Positions 14,875 to 25,292 of a DNA stretch of 31,838 nt are shown here, one piece after another. Each line of letters starts with the position of its first letter. The first letter of the stretch is position 1. The DNA is from Candidatus Undinarchaeales archaeon (lineage in GTDB: Archaea; SpSt-1190; JASMDC01). The position numbers were made by a program, and so were the translations under genes. The notes under the pieces are model-generated. The model ran no database searches, had not been told where the DNA came from, and saw only the letters and a list, made by a program, of their open reading frames with translations. The stretch spans positions 1 to 31,838 of the forward strand of contig JASMDC010000041.1 in the NCBI GenBank assembly GCA_030753015.1. The letters are read 5' to 3'.

Positions 14875-17800
14875 TTACAGTGGCAGGGAGGTGCACTCGC
14901 AGGCACAGAAGCGCTTGGACATCGTGCATCGCTCCCGGTCCACCCGCAGCTCGCACCCCACCAGACAGTCTGCGCAGTAGATGCTCACGCTGCACGGGTC
15001 CTGGGACACGGTCGTGTAGATGTCCGTCCGCTCGCCCTCGGTAGCGGTCGGGTCCAGCACCCCCAGCGCCGCGTACACAAATACGTTGGACGGGACCAGG
15101 GCGTCGGTCCACACCGTCCCGTCCTGGTGCTCGGCGACCACCCACAGGCGGTAGCTCTCGCCCATGGTCGTCGGGAACATCTGGCCGGTAAGCTCGGACG
15201 TGTCGCCGCGGCCCAGGGCCACCGTGCGCCGCTCCTCGCTCCCGCCCACCACAAGGCCTTCCTTGCTTACGGCACGGACGAGCACCGTGCCCACAAAGGA
15301 CTTGGGGACCGTGTTGCGCACCGTCAGCGTGGCCCGCGCCTCGCCGGCGGTGTACATCTCGTCCAGAGGGTTGTTGGCAGCGTCGGTGAAGGCGGCTTCC
15401 GTGATCTCGAGCTCAAGGGGCCTTACCTCCAGGCTGGCGTCCGGGTAGCCTAGGCGGACCCGGGCCCGTTCGCCCTCGCACCACGTGTTCATCACACGGC
15501 CCTTGCACCGGCTGGTTGCGTACCCCTGGCCGGGGAGCACCTGGCGCTCGACCACCGCACCGTCCGCGTCGCGCACCTCCACGCCGATGGAGAACACCGC
15601 GTTGGCCATCTCTGCGCTCAGAACCAGCTCCTCGGTCGCGATCCCGAGCTCCTGTACCGGCCCGGTGACCTCGTGGACCCTGGCCGATCCCTCCACCACC
15701 CTGTTCTGCGCGTCGGCGAGGAACACCTCGACCGTCACCGGGTAGGTGTGTGCCGTCACGGCCACCGCACCTGTGACCTGCTCGCCGGTGTAGCCCTCGG
15801 AGGTCCTTTCCCCGTCGCGGAGGAAGTAGGCGTCGGCCACGGTGAGCATGTCGGGCACCACCATGAACGAGATGGGACCGCGCGCGTCGAGCACCACCTC
15901 GCCCCCGGCGCGGCGCAGGACAGCGCCCGGCTGGACCGCCGTCACCGTCAGGTCGCCGTTGAGGGCGATCTCGCCTGTGAGCGCCCGGTAGTCGGCGCCC
16001 GGTGGGAGCACGATGCTCGAGAGGGAGCCTGCGAACCGCCGGTCCTCGGTGCACGAGCACGGGCACACGAAGCCCTTGGGGCACTCCGGGCAGGAGCAGG
16101 AGGGCAGGAGATGTAGGGAGAGGTCGGCAGCACCCGCAAAGCTGCGGAACCCGGAGTTGCGCACCTCCAGCGAGAGGCGGACACGCTCGCCGTGGTAGAA
16201 GGTCCGCTGCTCGGCCAGTCCCCGGAGGATGGCCAATCGGACGTCGACGCGGGGCATGGACAGCTTGCACTCGCGCAGGCAGCTTTCGGCGTCGTCCCCG
16301 TTCAGGCACCCGCGCTGGCAGGTCACCAGGGACGGCGGCACGCTCTCGCCCGCACCGTCCTCGTCCATCCTTCCGTCGCCGTCGTTGTCCCGGCCGTCGA
16401 CGGGGTCCTCGTCGACACGGTCGTCACCGTCCTCGTCGGCGCCGTTACCGCACTTGCGCAGGCACGGTCCCGGGTCGGGGAACACGCCGCACTCCAGCTC
16501 GCAGGACACGTCCATCTCCACGCACGCACTAGTGCACGCGGACACCTGGTCGATCGCCACGAGCGCCTGGCACATCTCGTTGCACGTGCCCAGGCTTCCG
16601 CAGTCCGTGGCGTCCAGGGCGCACGAGCCTCCGCAGCATACGCCCACTGCGCTGGTGCAGGCCTCGCCGTCACCGCTCCCGGCACAGCCCACGTCGGAGC
16701 CGGTGTCGCAGCCCGAGGCGCCGGCCACGCACGAGCCGCCGCAGCACTTCCCTTCGCTGGCGCCCAACACGCAGCTATCGCCGTCCCGGTCCGCGCACCC
16801 CACTGCCGATGAGCAGGTACCCACGCACGCGATGCGTGCGTCCTCATCGCCGGGATGGACCAGAGCGCACATGGGACCGCATTCCAGAGTGCAGCTGTCA
16901 TCGGCCCGTTCCTCCGCCTCGAGCCCGCCTGGCAGGCAGCACAGGTAACCCGACTCGTCTCCGCAGATGTCGAAGGTCAGCCCCGGCACGTCCGGTCCCG
17001 AGCATGAGCCCCCCTCGCCTAGTGTAGGGGGGACCGCAGCGATGCCGCCGAGGTCGTCGAGGCAGCAGGCGATGATGCGCTTGGCGTCCTCCTCGACGAT
17101 GGGCCCGGTGCAGGAGTAGGTGGTCGTCGTCCGTGTGCCGTCCGGATTGTGGCACACGCACATGCCCAGGTGGCGCTGGCAGTGGCCCACCTCGGCGCCG
17201 CACTCCTCGCGACAGATGCGGGAGCAGCCCGCCTCCGAGCGCGACGCGTACTCGAAGCACTCCTCGGCCGAGATGAACATGTCCTCCGCCTCGATGGCGG
17301 CCAGCGCCTGGACGGCTTGCTGTTGGCGCGCGGACCACTCGTCGGTGTTGCCGTCGGTGATGTCGCCCTCTCCCGGGCCGCACCGGTCCGCGAGCATGAG
17401 CCCGGGGTATACGTGGCCTAGGGTGGACACGTCCTCGACCGTGGCCGATGTCCGCAGCATCCGGATGAGGTCGGCGAGCATGGCCTTGAACTCCTCAGCG
17501 TCGGTGTCGGTGTCAGGATCGCGGGACATCTCGATAAGGATGTCGGACAGGCGCTCCACCAGGGGGACGGCGTCGTACGGGGGCTCCTCGCCGCTGAGCG
17601 AGATCTCGGTGAGCTCGGTGTCGACCAGGGCGCTGATCGTGGTACGTAGGTCGGGGTAGGTGGCCAGGAAGTGGTCCACGAAGCTACGCAGGACCGTCAC
17701 CTTCTCTGCTACGAGCGCGGGACCGTGGGTGGCCTCGTCGCCCAGGAGCGTGCCCGAGCCGTCGAGGGTGCACACGTCCTTGACGTCGACGACGCGCTGG

Positions 17801-19371
17801 TAGGAGGTGGAGTAGTAGGTCCGCCGTTGGGCGGGGCTGGGGAGGTGGCACTCCTCGGGGACCATGGACGTCGCCACGGTCTCCTCGTCCCACGGTGCGA
17901 CATCGCAGGCATCGCTCAGGTCCACGTCCTCCAACGCGGGGTTCTGGAACGTACCCAGGGTGCCCAGGGCCACAGCACAGTGGTCCTTCTGCTGATCGAG
18001 GGCGTCCTCGAGCGCTTCCAGGTGGGCTGCGAGCACCTCGTACAGGTCGCGGAGGTTGTCGAGCGTGGTGAGCACATCGGTGCGGAAGTCGACCGTGTTG
18101 TCGAACCAGCCCTCGGGACAGGCGATCAGCCCCGTGTCGAGCACGCTCAACGGTGTCGGGTCCGTATCGGTGTGGGTCCAGTCGACCGTCGGCGAGTAGT
18201 CGTGGACCTCGCCCGCCTCGCCCTCCGCCCGCTCGCGGCAGAACCGGTCGCCGATGGCCTGACCACCGTCGTCCACCTTCACGGGTTCGGGCCGACCGCT
18301 GCCCTTCAGCAGGCCGTACACGGTGGACCGGAACGCAGGCTCGCAAAGGTTCTTCTGGAACTCTCCGGCGGCGTTGGCGGTACCGGCCTGGTCGTTGCCC
18401 GCAAGCGCCACGATGTACCGTCCGCCCTGCTCCTCGAAGGCCACGATGAAGGGCGCGTCGTACCGCAGGGCCAGCTCGCCCGCGGTGAAGTCCAGCTCCT
18501 CGCTGCCCACGTACACCTTGTTGGCGGCCTGGTCGTACCGCACCCGCATCCCGTCCTCCACGCCGTCGAGCACCGAGTTGGACGTGCTCGAGCCCAGGAG
18601 CACGAGGTTGCCGCCGGGGACCGCGCCTGTGTGCTCGACCACCGCCATACCGAGCTCGGCGCCCAGCACGAGGGCCTTGGCCCGGTCATGGCTCCCTACC
18701 CCGGAGCCGTACACGACCGTGCCATCGCCGCCTGTGCACTTCCCGTCGCTGCAGCCCTCGTAGCACGGGTAAGCGTCGCCGTTCACGACCAGCGGCACAA
18801 GACCGTCGTTGGACCTGATCGACGCGTCGTACTGGCGGACGTTGTCGGGGGAGAACAATCGGTCGTACGCGTCACAGTAGCGCTCGTGGTCGGGCTCGAT
18901 GCATCCCTCGGGGAGAGGGCCTGAGGGACCGGAGGGACCGCCGGGGCCTCCCGGACCACCGGGACCGCCCGGACCGGGTGTCGGGGTCACCGCTCCAACG
19001 GGCACGGTGACGGAGATATAGGTACGACAGCCGGGGCCCATGTCGTAGGCGCCGCAGTCGACCCGGCCCTGGCACCGCAGTGAGTAGGTGCCCTCCACGT
19101 CGTAGGTGACGTCCACGACGCTGTTCCACGCGTCGCCCCAGATGAACTGGCCCGAGGAGTAGTCATCGATGTACATGTCGATGTGGTTCTCCTGGGAGTC
19201 GGTCCCGGTGCACTTCACCGTGACGGGCGCCTCAGCGCTGGCGGCAGCGACGCTCCCGTCGTTGGAGGATGAGTGGATCTGGGCACCGTTGACGAACACG
19301 TTCACCGTGGGCCGGGCCAGCGCAAGGGCCAGCGCGAGCACGCACAGGACCGCGAGCATCCTCGACCTCAT
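14875..19371 (-). CDS. Giant secreted Cys-rich protein C (1498 aa): signal peptide, Pro/Gly linker, S-layer-like domain, helical scaffold, Cys repeats, DxDGD Ca-binding motifs, Ig-like domains, 8-Cys C-terminus
   Basis: ATG 19371 overlaps the upstream stop as ATGA; leader MRSRMLAVLCVLALALALA; shares KDVCTLDGSG, ITDGNTD.W, WCEG..YP.A.LEV and the terminal Cys motif with genes A and B. Confidence 0.92.
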   Translation of the reverse strand: MRSRMLAVLCVLALALALARPTVNVFVNGAQIHSSSNDGSVAAASAEAPVTVKCTGTDSQENHIDMYIDDYSSGQFIWGDAWNSVVDVTYDVEGTYSLRCQGRVDCGAYDMGPGCRTYISVTVPVGAVTPTPGPGGPGGPGGPGGPSGPSGPLPEGCIEPDHERYCDAYDRLFSPDNVRQYDASIRSNDGLVPLVVNGDAYPCYEGCSDGKCTGGDGTVVYGSGVGSHDRAKALVLGAELGMAVVEHTGAVPGGNLVLLGSSTSNSVLDGVEDGMRVRYDQAANKVYVGSEELDFTAGELALRYDAPFIVAFEEQGGRYIVALAGNDQAGTANAAGEFQKNLCEPAFRSTVYGLLKGSGRPEPVKVDDGGQAIGDRFCRERAEGEAGEVHDYSPTVDWTHTDTDPTPLSVLDTGLIACPEGWFDNTVDFRTDVLTTLDNLRDLYEVLAAHLEALEDALDQQKDHCAVALGTLGTFQNPALEDVDLSDACDVAPWDEETVATSMVPEECHLPSPAQRRTYYSTSYQRVVDVKDVCTLDGSGTLLGDEATHGPALVAEKVTVLRSFVDHFLATYPDLRTTISALVDTELTEISLSGEEPPYDAVPLVERLSDILIEMSRDPDTDTDAEEFKAMLADLIRMLRTSATVEDVSTLGHVYPGLMLADRCGPGEGDITDGNTDEWSARQQQAVQALAAIEAEDMFISAEECFEYASRSEAGCSRICREECGAEVGHCQRHLGMCVCHNPDGTRTTTTYSCTGPIVEEDAKRIIACCLDDLGGIAAVPPTLGEGGSCSGPDVPGLTFDICGDESGYLCCLPGGLEAEERADDSCTLECGPMCALVHPGDEDARIACVGTCSSAVGCADRDGDSCVLGASEGKCCGGSCVAGASGCDTGSDVGCAGSGDGEACTSAVGVCCGGSCALDATDCGSLGTCNEMCQALVAIDQVSACTSACVEMDVSCELECGVFPDPGPCLRKCGNGADEDGDDRVDEDPVDGRDNDGDGRMDEDGAGESVPPSLVTCQRGCLNGDDAESCLRECKLSMPRVDVRLAILRGLAEQRTFYHGERVRLSLEVRNSGFRSFAGAADLSLHLLPSCSCPECPKGFVCPCSCTEDRRFAGSLSSIVLPPGADYRALTGEIALNGDLTVTAVQPGAVLRRAGGEVVLDARGPISFMVVPDMLTVADAYFLRDGERTSEGYTGEQVTGAVAVTAHTYPVTVEVFLADAQNRVVEGSARVHEVTGPVQELGIATEELVLSAEMANAVFSIGVEVRDADGAVVERQVLPGQGYATSRCKGRVMNTWCEGERARVRLGYPDASLEVRPLELEITEAAFTDAANNPLDEMYTAGEARATLTVRNTVPKSFVGTVLVRAVSKEGLVVGGSEERRTVALGRGDTSELTGQMFPTTMGESYRLWVVAEHQDGTVWTDALVPSNVFVYAALGVLDPTATEGERTDIYTTVSQDPCSVSIYCADCLVGCELRVDRERCTMSKRFCACECTSLPL

Positions 19372-22300
19372 GCAATCGCCTCCAGGATGCAATCGCAGTC
19401 ACAATTATAAGGAGTGACGGTGCAGCGCCCCCGCTCGATACGCAGCTCGCAGGTCGAGAGACATTGCACGCACGCGACCCGTGCCCGGCAGCCCTCGTGG
19501 TCCATGGATGTGAACACGTCGTTGCGGGCGATGCCACCGGTAGCGCTCTGGGGGATGTTGAGCCCGGCCATGGGGAAGAGGACCGTCGGGACGACCTCGT
19601 CGAGCCATACTGCGCCGTCGCGGGCATGTGCCGTTACCCGGACCCGCAGCGTCATCCCGGGGGTCGCGTCGACGGGGGCCGACTCCGCCGTCATCGTGGA
19701 GCCCCTGTCATCGAGCCCGCGGTCGACGGCGACCTCGCGCTCCGATTCGGTGATGGCGAGACCGTCGTCGCCGATTATGGCGATCGTGACCGTGCCCGTG
19801 AACCCCGAGGACGCCTGGTTGGCCAGCTCCACGCGCACCCGCACCGTGCGGGCAGCGGACCGCCCGCCGACCACAGATCCGCCGTCGTCCACGAAGGCCG
19901 CATCGGTCACCACAAGGGCAGGCCGACGTACCTCGAGGAACGCACGCGGGTACGAGAGGCGCACACGCTCGTGGAGGCCCTCGCACCAGGTCAGGAGAGC
20001 AGGTCCCGTGCACAGGTCCGCGGCCCGTCCCTGTTCGAGGAGGATACCCTCGGCGAGAGTGGTACCGCCGCCCTCGACGCGGTAGCCGATCCGGAACAGG
20101 AGGTCGGCCTGGGTGCCGGTGATGTCGAGCGGGGCCGAGGTGAAGGTGCTCTCCTTGACGGGCCATGCGATCTCGTGTGTGCGCTCGGTACCGATTACCG
20201 GCGTACCGTCCCAACCGACGAGGTATATTGTGAGGGAGACGGGGACCAGCTGCGTGGTGAACGACACCGCACCGAACGCCTCCTCTCCCGGATGCCCGGT
20301 GGTGGCACGCTCGCGCCCGCCCACCGTGAACCACGCGTCGGCCACCGTGAGCTTGCCCGGCGCACCTATCCCGTAGAAGGGGCCGTGCGGTTCGCCGACG
20401 ATCTTGCCCGCAGCGTCTCGGACGGTGGCGACCGGGCGGACGGTCGTGCCCGCCAGGGAGGCGCCGAGCTCAACGGGGTCCGTGAGGACGCCCTGCTTCT
20501 GTCCCGGGCCGACCACGAGCTGTGTGGTGGTGAGGATGACGAGCTCTTCTACCGAGCAATCGCACGGGCAGTCGTCGCCGACGGGGCACACGGAGCACGC
20601 GCAGTCGCGGTTGATCTCAAGGACCACGTCGACCTTCCCGGTGAAGCCCGTGCCGCCCCGGTTCTCGACGGTGAGATGCAGCCGGGGGCGTTCACCGGTG
20701 TGGAACGACTCGGCCTCCTGCCCGTCGCGCACGAGGGCGAGGGACGCGTGGATCCGGGGGTGGACGGCGCGGCACATCTGGAGGCAGAGGGTGATCTCGG
20801 GCAGGTCGTCCGAGCTGGTCAGGCAGCCCAACTCGCAGTGCCGCAGTCCTTCCGGCATGGAGGGCGAGGCGACGCCCGGACAGCCCTCAAAGCACATCGA
20901 GCGTGCCCCGGACAGCGGGAACTGGTCGATGCATCGCAGCTCGCAGGCGATGTCGGCACCCTCGCAGCGCTGTCGGCATGCCTGGGCGAGGGCCGGGCGC
21001 TCGGGATAAGCGTTCTGGCACTCTGTGAGGCAGCTGGCGGCAAGGCACGGCGGCCAGCCGCGGGGCCGGTCGCACGACGAGGCGAAACGCACGCACGCGC
21101 CCGAGCCCGGGTTCAGGGCGAAGGTGACGACCTCAGGGCATGCACCGCACGACTTCCCGCCGGTCGCGCAGGAGCCGCCGCAGCAGACGCCTGTCGGTCC
21201 GTCCACCTCGCACACGCCGCCCTCGACCGTGTCCGCACAGAGCGATGGTACGTCCTCGCAACCGTTGGCGCCGGCAACGCACCCCCCTCCGCAGCATAGC
21301 CCGGACGCACCGTCGATGCTGCATTCGGCGCCGTCATCGGCGCTGACGCAGCCGTGACCGGGGCAGGCCGACCATCCGTACGGTGCATCGCACGGCGAGG
21401 GGAAGCGCACGCACTTGCCCGATAAGGGATCCTTTGCATAGGTGTCGACCTGCTCGCACGTCATGCACGAACTGGCGCCCACGGCACAATTACCGCCACA
21501 GCAGGTGCCGACACCCTGTCCGACGAGGCAGGGCAAGCCCTTCCCATCGTCACCGCACGCGGTGTCCGGGACGCACCCCGTGGCACCTACTGCACACGAG
21601 CCTCCGCAGCACTGGCCCTGGGCGCCCGCGACGGTGCAGGCGGTGCCGTCCTCCTGACCCGTGCAGCCGAAGCCGTCGCAGTCGGTCCAGCCTGCGGGGA
21701 CGTCGCACGTGGACTCGAACCGCGTGCACCCGCCCGCGTTGGGATCCCGGACCCACACCGGCGAGCGCGGGCAGGCGGTGCACTCCTCGCCGCCCGTGAG
21801 GCAGCGGCCGCCGCAGCACACACCATTCTTATTGTCAAAGGAGCAGGATGCCAGCTCGTCACGGCCCACACAGGCATCGACACGACCCGCGCACATGAGC
21901 GCGTGGACCATGCACTGGTCATCGCAGCAGAGGCCCTGTACACCGTCTACCTCGCACGCGCTCTCATCACCCTTCCCGGCGCACTGCTCGTCCTGCAGCC
22001 CGCAGGCATGCCGGCAGACGAGGCGTCTTGTGGAGTGGCGTGCATACTTGCCGTCGCACAGCTCCTCGCAGGAGAGACCGCACCCTTCCTCGGTGATGGG
22101 CAGCTCGGGCTCGAGGCCCGGTCCCCGGCAGCAGAGCTCGTCGACGGTCTCGGTGCACCAGCTCACGGATATACCCGTCGACGCCCGCGCCCCCGGGCCA
22201 AGGCGACATGCACCACCCCACCGGTCCTTGTAGGCCGGGTCGGATAACCGGGATACGGTCACGATCCCGTCGGGCTGTGAGGCATGGACGAGCGAGTCAT

Positions 22301-25262
22301 CACCAGTGAATATGCCCGCGTGGACGACTCCTTCACCATCCTCACCCCTGAGGAACACCACGTCGCCCGGGCGAAGCTTGCGCCATCCGACGCGACCGCC
22401 GCCGTTGGCCTCGCATGCTTCGTGCTGCGCTGCCGGCGTGCGGGGGAGCTCGACGGCGACCTCGCGCATGACGGCGAGCACGAGACCTGCCCCGTCGACA
22501 CCGTCACGCGATGTTCCACCGTTCACGTAGGGTACTCCGAGCCAGGTACCCGCAGCGTACGCGATGGCACCGCCGCTCCATGTGGTCCCCTCGACATCGT
22601 AGATCCGCTGGCAGCATGTGGTGAGCGAGTCGGACCCGCCGTCCGTGCCGTCCTCTCCGGGGATGGGAGCGTCCGGGCCCGGGACATCCTCTCCCGGGGG
22701 TATCTCTCCAGCCGCCCCGTCGGGCGTCGCGCCCGGTGTCGAGCCGGAGCTCGAGCCTGGTGAGGACGATCCGGGGTAGGAGTTACCGCCACCGCTGGTC
22801 GTGTCGTAGCCGAAGCACATGCCGTCGGTGAGGAACAGTCCTTCCGGATCCCACGCAGCGAGCGCCAGGAGGTTGGCGAGGCCGTCACCGGACCAGGCGT
22901 CCGTGTTGCCGTCGCTGATGGACGTTGATGTCACGGTGGCGTAGCAGCCGCCGCGCTTGCCCTGGGGCGGGCAGTCGTCGAGGTGCGAGGGCGGGCCTTG
23001 GTCGGACGTGTCATCGTCGGGCTTCTGCTCCTCCTCGGGCTCCTCAGCGTCCTCGTCCCCGGTCCCGTCCTCCTCTCCATCCTCCTCGCCCAGCTCCGTG
23101 CACTCCTCGCCCTCGAACAGGGCCGGGAAGCTCGCGTCGCAGTCCTCCGCGTTGGACCAACCCTCCGAGGACTGGACTAGGAAGGCCTGCGCCGTCGCGC
23201 TCATCCCCCCCGCCGCACCGATGTCGCCGACGTACTCCTTGAGGAAGAGGACAAGGGCCTTGAGCCCCTCCTGGGTGGGCTCTACCTTGTCGGCGTTCTT
23301 GGACATGGCGGTGAAGAGCTCGGCCTCGTGGAAAAGGAGGAATATATTGCTCGAGCCTTCCAGCACGGGCTTGGGATCGGTGGCCACGCCGTTCACCCTG
23401 ATCTCGAAGTGCAGGTGCTGGCCCGTGGAGCAACCCGTCGTCCCCATCAGTCCGATGCGCTCGCCCTGCTCGACGACCTGGCTCATGGTCACGTCGATGT
23501 GCCTGAGGTGGGCGTACCGCGTCTGGAGGCTGTTGCTGTGGTCGATGAACACCGCGTTCCCATAGCAGCCTCCCGAGGAGGCGAGGAGGATCGACGCGAC
23601 CTTGCCGGCGGCTGCAGCGACGACGGGGACCGTACCGGACTCGGCAATGTCGTACCCCTTGTGGACGTGGGGCTTGCACAGTCTGGTGTCCGCGCACAGA
23701 GCGTCCCGTTGCCCGAAGGGCGACGTCTCGTGCCCCTCGGTGGGCCAGATTATGGCGTCCTTGTCGTCCAGCTTCTTGCGCGTTTCTTCCGCCATCTTGT
23801 GGACCTCGTCGGTCAGCTCCTTGAGCGTGTGGACGAAGTCCTGCATGTCACTGATGACCACGTCGAGCCTTGCTATGACCTCGGTAGGTCCGTGCGCCCC
23901 GTCGTCGCCCAGGAAGGTCCCCGAGCCGTCGAGGGTGCACACGTCCTTGACGTCCACGGCGTCCTGCTGGCACTGCTGGAGCGCGATGCGGTCCACGTTG
24001 GCATGTTTGCCCTTCTCGGTGGCGAGGTAGGTCTTCCTGCCGTCGTCGAGGTCCTTGGGCTCGCACCCCTTGACACCGAACGGGTCCGAGGTCTCTGTCA
24101 GACCTCCGTCCTCGGGGACCGGGTAGGTGGTATCGGCGCCCCAGCCCGCGTCGGTGGTGATCTCTGTGATCGTCGGCTCCGGCCCATCGCTCTCCTCCTC
24201 ATCGTCGTCCTTCTCTCCGCAGGTGCCGCACCCGGTGCCGGTCTCGCAGTCCTCGGCCACGCACATGCTGCACGTCCTGACGGCCGCAGGGAGGTGGCCT
24301 GAGCCCTTCTTGCACTTCCAGGCCTCGTCCGCCAGGCAGGTCTCGGCGACCGCCTGGTAGCACAGTTCCGGACCGAAGCCGTCGCCGATGACAAGGGCCT
24401 CTAGCGGGTGGGCCTCCGTGACATCGGGCTCGTACACGGGCGCCGGCTCCTTTTCCTCGGGCATGAGGTCGCCCTCGATACCCTCGCTCGGCGTGTAGGG
24501 CTCCTCTTCCTCCGCGGTCGTCGTCACGGGCTCCTCCTCGGGGACCTCCTCATCACCCTCGTCCCCGGCGTCATCGCTCGGTGCGAAGGGTTCCATCTCG
24601 CACGGTACACCGTACCGTGATGCGAACCTGTTGATCCTCCCGTGGCACTTCGCCTGCTGTGCGTAGAACGAGTCGCGCAGCGCCTTCAGTTCGTCGACGA
24701 AGGGCTCGTAGAACTCGATGAGGTCATCGAACAGCGTCTCGACCTCGGTGAGGTAGTCCACGACGTTGTTGTAGTTCTCGACCTCGGGGCACTCGGGCAG
24801 CTTGCGTTGTTCTCCTGCCCCGGACGTATCGTCCTGGCCGCCGTCGGTGCTCACATCGCCGGTCCCTTCCTCGGTACCTGCACCCGTGCCCGTCCCGGTC
24901 CCTTCCTCTGCGTCCGTCACTTCCTCTTCCGTGCCGAGGGAGGTCAGGTCGAGCTCCTCCTCGCCGGTATAGAGCAGCTGGTTGCCGGCCTCGTCCGCGT
25001 CCTCGGCACCGAAGCGCTCCTGTATATAGGCCTTGCAGGGGCTCACGCTCTCCTGTCCTCCGGGGAAGCAGAACGCCATGTGATGGGTCTGGGCATCGCC
25101 TGCTGCGGGCAGGTCCATGGGCGCGGTCTCGTACTTGACGTCGGCGCAGGGATCCACGAACTCCTCGGGTCCCTCGCCCAGGACGGGCGTCAGCACCAGG
25201 AGCGCGACCGCTAATGCAATAGCTGCGGCCATCCTCCCGATGCAAAGGGACCTTCGTACCAT
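19368..25262 (-). CDS. Giant secreted Cys-rich protein B (1964 aa) with an M23 peptidase and a catalytically dead NlpC/P60 domain
   Basis: Signal peptide MVRRSLCIGRMAAAIALAVALLVLTPVLG; GAGGT upstream; colinear with gene A over most of its length. Confidence 0.93.
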   Translation of the reverse strand: MVRRSLCIGRMAAAIALAVALLVLTPVLGEGPEEFVDPCADVKYETAPMDLPAAGDAQTHHMAFCFPGGQESVSPCKAYIQERFGAEDADEAGNQLLYTGEEELDLTSLGTEEEVTDAEEGTGTGTGAGTEEGTGDVSTDGGQDDTSGAGEQRKLPECPEVENYNNVVDYLTEVETLFDDLIEFYEPFVDELKALRDSFYAQQAKCHGRINRFASRYGVPCEMEPFAPSDDAGDEGDEEVPEEEPVTTTAEEEEPYTPSEGIEGDLMPEEKEPAPVYEPDVTEAHPLEALVIGDGFGPELCYQAVAETCLADEAWKCKKGSGHLPAAVRTCSMCVAEDCETGTGCGTCGEKDDDEEESDGPEPTITEITTDAGWGADTTYPVPEDGGLTETSDPFGVKGCEPKDLDDGRKTYLATEKGKHANVDRIALQQCQQDAVDVKDVCTLDGSGTFLGDDGAHGPTEVIARLDVVISDMQDFVHTLKELTDEVHKMAEETRKKLDDKDAIIWPTEGHETSPFGQRDALCADTRLCKPHVHKGYDIAESGTVPVVAAAAGKVASILLASSGGCYGNAVFIDHSNSLQTRYAHLRHIDVTMSQVVEQGERIGLMGTTGCSTGQHLHFEIRVNGVATDPKPVLEGSSNIFLLFHEAELFTAMSKNADKVEPTQEGLKALVLFLKEYVGDIGAAGGMSATAQAFLVQSSEGWSNAEDCDASFPALFEGEECTELGEEDGEEDGTGDEDAEEPEEEQKPDDDTSDQGPPSHLDDCPPQGKRGGCYATVTSTSISDGNTDAWSGDGLANLLALAAWDPEGLFLTDGMCFGYDTTSGGGNSYPGSSSPGSSSGSTPGATPDGAAGEIPPGEDVPGPDAPIPGEDGTDGGSDSLTTCCQRIYDVEGTTWSGGAIAYAAGTWLGVPYVNGGTSRDGVDGAGLVLAVMREVAVELPRTPAAQHEACEANGGGRVGWRKLRPGDVVFLRGEDGEGVVHAGIFTGDDSLVHASQPDGIVTVSRLSDPAYKDRWGGACRLGPGARASTGISVSWCTETVDELCCRGPGLEPELPITEEGCGLSCEELCDGKYARHSTRRLVCRHACGLQDEQCAGKGDESACEVDGVQGLCCDDQCMVHALMCAGRVDACVGRDELASCSFDNKNGVCCGGRCLTGGEECTACPRSPVWVRDPNAGGCTRFESTCDVPAGWTDCDGFGCTGQEDGTACTVAGAQGQCCGGSCAVGATGCVPDTACGDDGKGLPCLVGQGVGTCCGGNCAVGASSCMTCEQVDTYAKDPLSGKCVRFPSPCDAPYGWSACPGHGCVSADDGAECSIDGASGLCCGGGCVAGANGCEDVPSLCADTVEGGVCEVDGPTGVCCGGSCATGGKSCGACPEVVTFALNPGSGACVRFASSCDRPRGWPPCLAASCLTECQNAYPERPALAQACRQRCEGADIACELRCIDQFPLSGARSMCFEGCPGVASPSMPEGLRHCELGCLTSSDDLPEITLCLQMCRAVHPRIHASLALVRDGQEAESFHTGERPRLHLTVENRGGTGFTGKVDVVLEINRDCACSVCPVGDDCPCDCSVEELVILTTTQLVVGPGQKQGVLTDPVELGASLAGTTVRPVATVRDAAGKIVGEPHGPFYGIGAPGKLTVADAWFTVGGRERATTGHPGEEAFGAVSFTTQLVPVSLTIYLVGWDGTPVIGTERTHEIAWPVKESTFTSAPLDITGTQADLLFRIGYRVEGGGTTLAEGILLEQGRAADLCTGPALLTWCEGLHERVRLSYPRAFLEVRRPALVVTDAAFVDDGGSVVGGRSAARTVRVRVELANQASSGFTGTVTIAIIGDDGLAITESEREVAVDRGLDDRGSTMTAESAPVDATPGMTLRVRVTAHARDGAVWLDEVVPTVLFPMAGLNIPQSATGGIARNDVFTSMDHEGCRARVACVQCLSTCELRIERGRCTVTPYNCDCDCILEAIA
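22200..22570 (-). other. NlpC/P60 domain in protein B, catalytic Cys replaced by Gly
   Basis: WLGVPYVNGGTSRDGVD-G-AGLV (GGG codon at 22493-22491, Gly924), LPRT, LRPGDVVF, HAGIF and LVHAS. Confidence 0.9.
23360..23755 (-). other. M23-family zinc endopeptidase domain in protein B
   Basis: WP..G..TSPFG.R, HKGYD (HxxxD; H534/D538), V.AAAAGKV, YGNAVFIDH, TRYAHL, IG.MGTTG.STGQHLHFEIR (HxH; H616/H618) and DP..L. Confidence 0.95.
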
Positions 25263-25292
25263 GTCTCATTGACCTCTCATATGTTCTCTGTC

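Noticed and set aside
19464-21299. 611-aa plus-strand ORF, and similar ones at 17671-18924, 23328-24302 and 26673-28067
   Set aside because: Antisense shadows of the GC-rich giant genes, with no recognisable motifs.
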